Source: Proteromonas lacertae
Taxonomy: Eukaryota
NCBI GenBank assembly: GCA_002245135.1
Contig: NGBS01000882.1
Coordinates: forward strand, 62,001 to 126,000
Direction: 5' to 3'
DNA length: 64,000 nt
Below are positions 51,440 through 62,672 of this stretch, one piece after another. Both the position numbers and the translations under genes were made by a program. Below the pieces are notes generated by a model that saw nothing but the letters and a program-made list of their open reading frames with translations, was not told where the DNA came from and searched no databases. Position 1 is the stretch's first letter. The number at the start of each line of letters is the position of its first letter.

Positions 51440-52835
51440 CTAATTATTATTCTCTATATCATAATCATCAAATTTACATATTGTTCTAATTTGAGAGATT
51501 ATTAAAGCCACAATTTCTTCAAATGTATCAATATCACCAAGTATCTTCACTAATATACCGTTAGAATAATACTGAGGTCCAATCTTTTGTTCCAATATTT
51601 TATTTTGAACAATCTCCAAATTTGGTCTTTCTTTTACCCCATATATCATTTTACTCAGTCTTTTATATGTAAATATTTTGTCATCTAATTCACCATTGGT
51701 TTTGATCCAATTATTGTTAATCTTCTCAGTTGGTAATAAAACATCATATATACCAATATCTGGACCTTCTCCTGCTTCTTTTTTAAACTTTGTTTTTTTA
51801 CCACTTTTAATAATACTAATTGATAATTTATCTGATGTATTATTATTATAATTTCTATATAATATTTCATTTCTACTATTAACTATCACAAATGAACCAT
51901 CTGCTTTATTTTCTATTGAATAATTATTGAAATTTCCACATTCATTTTTTGTATTTACTTCAATAGGCGATAATATTTTATCATGAACTGTTTCTGAGTT
52001 TGGTAAATCATAGATCAACTTCAAACTATTATTACTGTTACAACTTCCTTCATCATCACTTTTTACTGGTATAGTAAATACAAATTGATTATCTTTAAAT
52101 CCTATTTTGAATAAATAATGAAAAATAAAATACTTCTTTCAATTTTCATAATTTCTGTTTGTGTTACTGGATCTAGTACTGAATAATAAGGTGGATCTGT
52201 GACTTTAACTATTTCTTTTGATCCGTGAACCCATGATGACTTTGCCTTAGAAGATATTTCTAACGATCTATTCTCATTTTTCATAATCTACCATAAATTA
52301 TAAATTGGAATATATTATATTAAAATATACATATAATATAGGCGAAATACCCCAAAATGGATTTTCTTCAGATGTTGTTGGTATAATTCCATAAGAATAG
52401 ATTATTCCTGGACTTTTGATCCTCTGATACTGTCCAACTTTTTCATATCTACTGCATGTGTGAATTTCATTCTCAATAATATAAAAAGTTTTGGCTATTT
52501 ATAGAATTATTTACTTTTATAAATACTTCTCAGTAACATGTCTTTTGCACAACTAATTTTCTCGTTAACAAATGACGGATGCATTGGTAACATACCTATA
52601 TTCTTTTAAAAGATAGACTATACTTTTCATTCTTTGTGGTGATTGCAAAGACTTTTTATAAGGTGATTCACATTGAGAAGATGATCTACTACTTCTTGAT
52701 GCTGTAAGTATTTGTGGAATAGGAAGGTTACAATCCTCTAAAGTTGGTAATGATGGTTTATGGTTATCTATGTTGAATATATTATAGATAATTATTACTT
52801 AATGTAGAATTTATACCACCTGGTATTTCATTCAT
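51440..52835 (-). CDS. Hypothetical protein, tandem paralog B (possibly Tubby-C/LURP/scramblase-like), 6 exons
   Basis: ATG at 52835 and five GT-AG introns. Shares FYI..C.RYE.VG.Y.RI, YGI.P, ISPIL, VTD.PY.VLD..T..EIM, FEEI.ALI.SQ and YDI with paralog A. Confidence 0.75.
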
Positions 52836-52968
52836 ACTGTGTAACGAAAAAAAGTAGGATTAAAACAACAGTTGGATTGACAAATATGACATTGTCAAAG
52901 TAAAAGATTTTGAAAAATGAAAGAACACTAAATAAGAGGAATAAATCGTTTATAAAAAATTAATTTGT

Positions 52969-53187
52969 TCACTCTGTGCAAGGACATGGTGATGGTGATG
53001 GTTCTGGGAGATCTTTATCAATATCATATTTATAATAATCACTTGAATTATTCGGTCTTCTATTACTACCTTCACAATTACATTCAAGCATACTAGCTAA
53101 ATCAGGAGAAATAATTGAAACAACTAATTGAGGAATAAAACAAATGCATCATCCTAAAGTATAAGGACAACCTCCTCCTCCTCTTAA
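52969..53187 (-). pseudogene. Orphan duplicate of the paralog A 3' end with an in-frame TGA
   Basis: Encodes LRGGGGCPYTLG*C...YDIDKDLPEPSPSPCPCTE*, versus RGGGG and YDIDKDLPEKPPCPCID* in paralog A. Preceded by a TTTAG acceptor-like site. Confidence 0.6.
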
Positions 53188-53366
53188 CTAAATATTCAAT
53201 TTTTAGTTACAGATCAACGTTTAAAGATAGTGAAATATAAGAAATAGAAAATGTATTGAAATTTTTTGTATTAAGTAAATACGAAGAGAACAAATTAACA
53301 ATAATATTCAATAAAAAGAAAAGAATAACAAAGAATCGATATAAATGTTAGATATAGTCTTTTTAC

Positions 53367-54817
53367 TTAGTCAATGCAAGGACATGGTGGTTTTTCTGGA
53401 AGATCTTTATCAATATCGTATTGATCAACGGAAAGAATAGAATTTAATTGAGAAAATATCAATGCAATAATTTCTTCAAATGAAGCAGCATATTTCTCCA
53501 TTTCTACTAAAGATGAATTAGAAAAGAATTCTTGACACATTTTAGCTTCCATTCTTGAATGAGTTGTTATAAATAATACAGATTGTCCATTGCTACCAAG
53601 TATTCTACTCTTTTTCTTTGTAAAAGTGTTAGTTCTTCCTCTTGGTGGTTTACAACAAGTGCCTACATTATCACCTACATTAATCCATGCACCAGGCATA
53701 CCTTCTGCGCTTAAACCTGGAGCACTACCTCCGCTATAGTAGCTGCCTCCTCCACCTCTACAGTTACAGCAACAACAACAGCAAGTATTTACAGTTTCAA
53801 TTTTAATTTCATCATCATTACTTCCACCACAGTTACAGCATACACAACAATCGATATTGTTTTCTTTTTGTATTTCGTCCCTTTCTGTGAAATTTGAATA
53901 TAGTAACTCATCTCCTCTGTATATACCAAAAGGAGTGCTTGAATCTATACCAACGCTAGTCGATGTGTTACCTAAATCATCTGTTGTTGTTGTCTCATAT
54001 ATAACCGGTGTTCTACTTCTTTTTTCTTTCAATATTGGCTTGAAAATTAGTTTTAAATCACCAATTTCAAATGTGTATCTATACTCCACAATTACATTCT
54101 TTTTATCAATTTTCTTCTTGCTTATCACTTCGCTCACTCTTTTTACTCTCATTATTTCTTTCTTTGTCATTCCATCAAGAACTAAATAGCATGGTTCATC
54201 TGTTACTCTGACGCCTTCATTAAACATACACCAAAATTTACGATGATACTTTTTATCAACTTCATAACTTCTATCTTCATTCTTTGTTATAAAAAGTATA
54301 GGAGATATAGCTAAAGATGAAACAGTATTTTCATCAACTGGAACAATACCGTAGAGTGGTATACCTGTAGCACTATTTATTCTTTCATAGTTTCCCACTC
54401 TTTCATATTTGTCACATCTCTCCATAACATACTTGGTTATATAAAACATTTTCACTAAGTTAAATAGAATAGTGTAAACATACAATTTAATATGGTTTCT
54501 TCTACGCTAAGATCCTTAGCATAAGGCTTAACGTTTATGATATTGTTTGTTATAACAGGAACGACTTGTGGAGGTGAAGCAACTTCTTCTACTAATTCTT
54601 ATTAATACTTTATATTAAATACCTTTATCATCTTCATCGTCACTAAGCTGTAATGCTGTAGGCTGCGCCCATCTTGTTTCATCCTCTGGAGGTTGTATCT
54701 CAATTTTCTGTTCATCCACAACAACTGTTGCTGTTATTGTTTCTTTAACCAACTCTATTAAAATATAACATATTATATACTCTCCTGCATCTCTATTTCT
54801 TGAGGTTGATCTGCCAT
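53367..54817 (-). CDS. Hypothetical protein, tandem paralog A with Cys-rich insert, 4 exons
   Basis: ATG at 54817. Three introns (27, 31, 29 nt) lead into ORF 53367..54485. Contains CCVCCNC and CCCCCCNC clusters. Confidence 0.75.
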
Positions 54818-54938
54818 TTTAAATCCAATTTACACTTAAGAATATTACTGTAATTTACATTTACTTGTTTATAATTTACCAACTCACAAAAAATATGAAT
54901 AATAATGAAAAATTAATAATTTATCTTAATTCTTTGCT

Positions 54939-57133
54939 TTATCCAAACATCTTCTTTGCCATTTGTTTCTCTTTCTTCTTTTGAATCTCCAATTTTTGAT
55001 CAACCAATTTCATCAACTTCAAAGTAGCTGGATCTTCAGGCTGTACTTTTATCACTTTATCTAACAATTTCTTAGCTTCTCTCAGCTCATTCCTCTTTTC
55101 TAAACAAATTGCCTGTCTATACATCGCTTTTACATTTTCAGGATCAATCTTCAAAGCTTCTTTTGTATTCTCATAAGCTTTATCAAAAGAATTCAATTTA
55201 ATATAACAGAGACTTAGATTCAAATATAATGATAATTTAATTTCATCAATTTCTTTTCTATCCTCATCATTAACATCATAAAATTTGGCACAATGACCTA
55301 ATGATTTGACATATCTTACAATTGCATGTTCATAATTTCCACCTTTGAATAATTCTGTTCCTTCATCTTTGTTCTTCTTTACTAGTCTCATACGAGCTGG
55401 TTTTGTTAATTTACGATCATCATGGTCATCTTCTGGAGAAGTCTAAAATAAAATGAATAATATTATACATCTTTATTCTTTACAACTTCTTCAGCTAACT
55501 TCTTCTCTTTTTCAATTTTAATTTTCTCAATTTCATCATAATATGGTTTATATTTATTCATCAACAGTTCAGTTATTTCAGTATATTTCTTATCATAGTC
55601 TTCAAGTGTATAGTCATCAGAATCATCCAACCAATTTTCAATATCATTACATATTGGTAATATTTCATCAGTTGGTAATTTATCTTTGAATTTTCCTTCA
55701 CTATCGTGTCTAATATTGATAATAAATGCTTCTAATTTATTTCTAGCTTCATTTATCTTTTGTTTTTCTTCATTTCTCTTTGTTAATTTATCAAATATTT
55801 CTTTTTGATTTTTCAACTCATTTTCATCAAAATTACTCTTTTCTGGTAATTCCAATTTCCAGTCTTCTAATATGAATTTCTCTTTTATTTCTGATTTTTC
55901 ATTAGCCAAAAGTGAAGCTGCTCCTCTTGCTATTACAGATAATCCATCTAATGTATATGATAATTGAAGATTGAATAATGAAGTTAAAATATCTTTAACA
56001 AATGGAATTCTTACAAATTAAAATTAAAGAAAATATATAAATTATATTTTAATATAAAAAAAGGATATTTGATCCACCACCAACTACTTCAATACATTGA
56101 ACATTAATATTTTCACTTGATATCTTATCAATTAACGTCTTAAAATGACTTTTCATTGTTTCAATTGGCTCTTTACATATTCCCTCGAATTTTTCTTTTG
56201 TTATATTGATATTCACATCTTCTTCTAATACATTCTCCAATACAACTTGAGATGTATTCACTGTACTTAGTGTCTTTCGTATTTTTTCACAACAATTGAA
56301 TAAACGAAGTAATTTCTTTTTGTTTGTTAAAATTTCGGCTATTTTATAATATAATAATAATATAAATAAATATATATATATATACGGTTGTTAATTTTTG
56401 GATAAGTATTAATTAAATATTCTAATAAACAATTATCATAGTTTTTACAACCCAATAAGAATGTTTCTGAGTATAATTTTGTACATTTATTCTCATTATA
56501 ATTAAACATACTGATTGTAGTGAAATAAGAACCTTGATCGAAGAAGATTAAGTTAGTTGATTCAATCTTTTCAACACTTTTATATAATCTACTTCCATAT
56601 GTATAGGCTGTTGCTACACTAAATGGAATAACTACAAAATTGTATTTTGGTATCAAAGAGAGTGTGTCTTTGATAATCTTTAATTCTCTTTCACCATAGT
56701 TGTCTGGAACCGTTAAGGCTATTTCTGTACCATGTGAGAATTCTTGTGTGCTGGTAATACTCATAACATAATCAATAAATAGTGATAATAGTGTTTCTAT
56801 CTTTACTTTATCAACTAAATTGTCATTTTTGATAGTAATTTCTACAGATTCGTTTGAATCAGATGGAGAGCATGTTATAAATCTTGGTTCTATTTCTTTT
56901 TCTTTACATTTTACGATATAAGGTAGAGATGTTATGCTGTTGGTCGGGTTGGATGTTAAAAACGGAGATGCTCTTTCACCAAAATACAAAGCACTGTTGG
57001 TAAATGAACAAACATCGGGTATTGAATCATTTCCTATCACATCTCTAACGGGATGAGCAACATAAGGACTTTCAGTTGATGCTACTGCAACAACGATGTT
57101 TTCTGAGGCAAAATCGATACCAGCGCAATTCAT
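54939..57133 (-). CDS. Hsp70/Hsp110-like ATPase domain + helical lid + C-terminal TPR domain (687 aa), 4 exons
   Basis: GIDFAS, LTVPD, FFDQG, LLRLFNCCEKIRKTLST, EVVGGGS|RIPFVK, ARNKLEAFI, NKDEGTELFKGGNY, LYLNLSLCYIK, NVKAMYRQA. Introns 56339-56385, 56011-56068 and 55443-55468 leave 2064 nt. Confidence 0.85.
56011..56068 (-). other. U12-type (minor) intron with AT-AA termini, 58 nt
   Basis: 5' ATATCCTTT (perfect U12 consensus), branch-like TTTCTTTAAT, 3' GTAA. Only this boundary restores the conserved GGGS-R-IPFVK; using the adjacent AG shifts the frame. Confidence 0.85.
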
Positions 57134-57289
57134 TCTTGAGAAATGAAATTCGATGTTTCTAGAATAAATTCGTTTTGTAACGACTGTATTTTTTGAATGT
57201 TTTTATTTTTAAATTTTTGCTATGTTAAAATGTTATTTATCAACCTAAAAAAGAATTTTCTAAAACTTAAAAGAATTAAATTCAATATT

Positions 57290-60200
57290 CTATTTTTTGC
57301 CAATGATATTAAACTTTGACATTAATCCTTCTTTCTTTGGCTCTTCCTTTTTGACCTCCTCTTTTTTAGCATCAGCTGGTGCTGGCTTCACTTGGTTTCA
57401 CTTCTTCCTTCTTTTCTTCTGGTTTAACCTCATCATTCTTACTGAATGGTAATTTGAATTTTGACATTAATCCTCCCTCCTTCTTTGCTTCTTCTTCTTT
57501 CTTTGGTTCTTCTGTTGCTGTTGTTGTTGTTGTTGGTTGTGCAGGTGGTGGTGGTTCATTTTTTACTTCATCCTTTGGTTTATCTCCTTCTTTAATTGGT
57601 TCAACTGCAGAACTATCATCCTTTTTACCAAATGGTAATTTAAACTTTGACATTAAACCTTCTTTCTCTTTCTTATCACCTTCTTCTGCTGCTGCTGGTT
57701 TTGTTGATGCATCTGTTGGTTTTTCTTCATTAACATTTCTAATTGGTTCAACTGGTGTTGTTTCTACTTTATTCACATCACTGTTACTAGAAGATTGTGT
57801 AACTTGTGCTGTAGATGGAGGAGGTATAGTTGGTTCAGTAGATTGAACTGGTGGTTCTGGCTGTTGTTGATTATTAACATTATTTTGATTTTCAACATTA
57901 TTATTATTATCTTCAGCCTTTTCAGTTGGTTTAAATTCATTATTCAACTGTTCAATTCTTTTATATAAAGTATCTAATATATCTTTACTGAATAATCTCC
58001 ATCTCTTTAATAAACCTTTTTCTTTCAATACTTTCTCTAATTCTTCTCTTGATAATGGAGTGTAACAAATGCAAGTCTTTTGACGAGGATCTAATAGTTT
58101 CTTATTCTTGTTAATACATCTAATATCTTGATTAGATTCCCATACTTCATCAAAGAAAATATACCATAAAGCCATTGAAGGATGGCTTGTTACAAATTCA
58201 ATTCTATTATATAATGACTGTAATCCCTTTAAATGTTGTTTGGGGATTTTTTGTAAAGTTTTATTAGCTTCTTTATTAGTTAAATAATCAACTAAATCAT
58301 CATAAGAGATAGTGCAATTATCATAAACATATAACCAGAAGTTATTTGAAATTACACCTTCTTTTTTATCACTTACTTTCTTTAAACTATCTCTATATTT
58401 CTTAACTTCCTCTTTATACTTTTGTATTGTTTTTTGCCATATTTCTACATTTCTTGGATCATAAATTATATTATTTAATTTTTCACTAATACTCCAATCT
58501 TCAGTAAATCCTAATTCTTCAGCTTTAATCTCTCTTTTACATGGAACTTCGTATACTTTACCATCAATTGTACAAGTTCCTGTACCTTCCAACATTACTT
58601 TAATTTTATATCCAGCTGACATTACTAAATCAGTATTTCCTTTAACTGTAAAAGTAGCTTTATTATAATGCACTTGAAGTTCTCTTTTACCATAATTATG
58701 TTTATCCTTTTTAGTCTTACCATTATCAGTTCTATATACAGCTTTTCTTACTCTCTTTGTCTCAGTAAAATTGAAATCAACAAATAATTGTTCTTTACCT
58801 AAACTTCTAATTATTTCTCTAATATTTCTCTTCTCAACAACATCTGGTGTTTGATTCATTTCTACAAATTTCTTAAAATTCTCAGGTCTTACATAACAAT
58901 AATCATTACTATCATCATATACTACTACACACACAAATGGATAAGCATTTACCCATAATTTGCCAAAATGACTTTTACTTAAACATGTTAAATTATTAGT
59001 AGTTTCAGTCCAATATACATCTACACCTTCTAAATTATCTAATACCCATGTACGTCTAACTGCTTCTTCTGGATCTTTTAATCCATCTACATGATTTCTT
59101 ACTAGATCAACACCCCAGCGTTGAACTGCATCTTTAATTTCTCCCATTCTGTTCATTACATCTTTACCACAAAGATTCATCATTAAACTGTTCCAGAATC
59201 TATGCCATACTCTGACTTTGATTTCTTTATCTAAATTCCAATTTTTGATGATTTTTGAACCACCCATTTCAGCTGTTACTGAATCTTCAAATATTAATGT
59301 CTTTATTATATTTCTAATGATTTTTCTAACACAGGCCATTCCATACAAGACAAATACAACCATCAATAAAACACTTACAACATTCACCAAGTTAATTAAT
59401 ATACCTAATACTGTAGAACCACCAGGCCAAATATCTTTACAAGATAAAAATCCAAAGAATGTTGTTAAAAAAGTAGCCGTTTTACCTGATAAATCCATGT
59501 TATCTGATTGGTCGTTTAAAAATGGTGCAGAAATTCCGCTCACTACTGCCATAAATAAAGCAACAACACAGGAAGCAATACTTTGATATGTAATATTGTA
59601 ATAAAACAATATAACTGGAGCTACTAATACTAATTTCATTACCATCATCTATTTAATATAAACATAATATATCTATTATTATATACATATGTTTTAAAGA
59701 AAGCCCATCTTCGTTCATAACCTAAATATAAGAATCGATATGGACATTTCTTCTGACTTGGATTATTCATTAAATCATCTTTATACATTTCATTAGTATA
59801 ATCAACCAAATTACCAAAATCATCATATACTTTGCCAGGATGATCAATAGAACCTCTTGGAACATTTCTATAGGTAATATAACCACAGAATAATGGAAAT
59901 CCAACGGTAATAATCACTAATAAAACAATTGCAGCAACTTGAAATAATCCATATAATTTCCAATCTTTACAATTACAATCCCAGTAAGGTTCCATATTAT
60001 CTTCTCTTACTTCAGTACAGTTCAAACTATCATCAAGCCTGTGTAAAGCTTGTCCCATAGTCGAATCACATACTAGGATTTGTATAACTGATCGAGATAT
60101 TGGTAGGTAAAGTGAGATTAATATAGTGATTACTAGTCCTATGTATTTGACTGTAAAGCATTTCTTCTTTGACAATTGATCCCATCCTCTCGCTTCATGA

Positions 60201-60784
60201 CCTTCACGAATTTCATCAGGATTGGTTCTGATACTTACATAGGCTAAAATAAATAGAAAATGACAACTATAAAGCCAATCAGTCCCAATGCTGCATAAAT
60301 AAATATCTGAGATATCTTGATGAAGAATCCCCAGTCAAATGCGATTAAAGTACCAATATTACCCTATTTAAATAATATTAGTGAATATTATACCCAGACA
60401 TATTTACCGATTTTCATTGCATCGTTGGAAATACTAGCAAATAACAATCCAATCATTTGAAAGAAGTCTCTGAAAATATCTAACTTGATCCATTCCACTG
60501 AAAAACAGCAACATGATGCAACACCGGCAGTAGCAGCAGTGGCGGCAGCTCCCATTTTGTTCTTTCCCATATCGTAAATATCGTCCATTGTTTCAAATGC
60601 AAATCTACATACTCTTGTCAATGGGTTAAAATGGTAAAAATCTGATAAGATTTTACCACCAGCACTTGCCTAAAAAAGAGAATTTAAAAATAGAAGAAGA
60701 TACAACACTCTTGATAGGTACAAATACATTCTTCAGATGATTTGTAACTTTGTTACCACCACCAGAACTGTCATCCACACTCAT
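57290..60784 (-). CDS. Multi-pass membrane protein (TRP-like/7TM-like membrane block) with a long cytosolic tail; needs -1/+2 correction near 60244 and +1 correction near 57372
   Basis: ATG at 60784 and three clear mini-introns. Hydrophobic segments plus PYRFLYLGYERRWAFFKTY. A third GLMSKF repeat lies in the +1 frame and ends TAG 57290-57292. Confidence 0.7.
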
Positions 60785-61151
60785 TAGTTAATTTAAAAAA
60801 GTGAAACGGATTTGATGCAAATGATGTTGTTGGTGTACGAAAAAATTGACTAAAACACTCAACACACCCAATTAAGTTCTCTTTAATATTCAGTGTGTAA
60901 TATCATAGTTTTTTTACTATATCTATTACTCTCCTATTTTTTCTCTAAATAATTTCAATCAAATCATGAGAAATAGGATTCACCAGCAAAGTATGATTAT
61001 TTTAATAGTGCTATTGTTCTATTTACTATATCAAAAGTAATGTAATAATATGCGTTGTATTTTGTGAGATATATCGATATTAAAAAATATGTCGTTACAA
61101 AAATAGTCGGAATTTTCTTGGAAATTTCTCATTTTTGTTTTAGAAGTTAGA

Positions 61152-62429
61152 ATGATATCTAGACTTACGCGTAATTTAAGAGTACCACAGATGGTTCTTA
61201 AAGCTAAGGCACACAATTGGGGTGATGTAGACAAGATCCATCCAATTCTGGTATAAAACTAATAAATTATTTTGATTTTAGGTATGTTCATCGGAAGTAG
61301 CTCGTAATGAGTTAGAAAAAAGGATTGAAGCACAGTGGAAGAATGAAAACAAAAGGACAAGTGCTCGTATATTGTTCTTTATGAGTTAATTTTAACTAGC
61401 ACTTCTTCATAAAGTCCCAATGATTTATACACTTCCAGAGTATTTCAATCAATTTAATTTTATTTCGATAATAGATATAAGTCCATAGAGAAGACTTTAT
61501 GGAAAGAATACAAAGAATCAAGACCATCACATGTATAATAAATATCATATATTACATAGGAAACTACATTTGATATAGTAAGATTTTTAGAAGGTTTAAA
61601 AACCAACATTCACGGTAGATCTGTCTTATATTACCCAGTCTTACCCAGTACTCAATCTGTTTTATTAAACCGTTTTCACGGTATGAACCAAGGTTTATTG
61701 TGTATAACTGACTATCAAACTCAAGGTGCTGGAAGAGGAACTAACAAATGGGATAGTCCCTATGGATGTTTAATGTTTTCATATAAGTCAGAAATACCAA
61801 CTGCTAGTCTCTTACCACCTTTACAATATTTAATATCACTAGCTGTTGTCAAAGGAATTCATAATATACCAGGTTGTGAAAAGTTGGATATTAAAATCAA
61901 ATGGCCTAATGATATCTATGCTAAAGGTGTGTATAAGATCTGTGGTATTATATCGCAGTCTATGTATTCCAATGGAACATTTGATGTAACAAATGGTGTA
62001 GGTATAAATGTACTGAATAGTGAACCAACTACCTGTCTTCAAGATTTATTAAAGGAACAATATCCAAGAGGAGATGCTCCTATACTAACAAGGGAGATGG
62101 TATTAGATAGATTTTTGAATGAGTTTGTTGCTATGTTTGTTCAGTATAAGCATGTTGGATTTAAGCCATTTATTGATGAATATTTGAGAAATTGGTTGCA
62201 TACAAATCAACAGATTGTGATTAGTGATGGCGAAGGTGGTACTCATAAAGCTACGATTAAAGGTATTACAGAATCTGGATATTTATTGGCAAGAGTTAAT
62301 GCTACTGGTGATTTAACAGAGTTATATCCAGATGGTAATAGATTTGATTTCTTCAAAGGATTGGTGATGAAGAGGAAGACAAAGAAAGTTAAGAGTTTAA
62401 ATGATCATATTGTTCATAATCTTGGATAA
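61152..62429 (+). CDS. HLCS: Biotin--protein ligase / holocarboxylase synthetase, 5 exons
   Basis: STQ, QTQGAGRGTNKWDSPYGCLMFS, IKWPNDIY, KICGI, GVGINV, GYLLA..PDGNRFDFFKGL. ATG at 61152 and four mini-introns. Confidence 0.92.
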
Positions 62430-62672
62430 AATGCGTGTAAAGTAAAGGAGATAAATATATATAACTATATAGATTATATAAATATAATAAATCCTTAAAA
62501 TTGTCAGGATGTATTAACATGATGTATAAATATTTGTTATTCTTGTTTTATTTAAAGAGAAATAAGGAAAAATGATTGAAAAGCTTGAAAAAAGGTTTGT
62601 TTTTCATTTTTCAAAAATCATTCTTTCATTACCATCGCAGTTTATTTTCTTTTCATATCGGAATTTGGATAA

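Noticed and set aside
53149..53151. In-frame TGA next to Cys as selenocysteine
   Set aside because: No recognisable selenoprotein fold, start codon or SECIS. A decayed duplicate is the simpler explanation.
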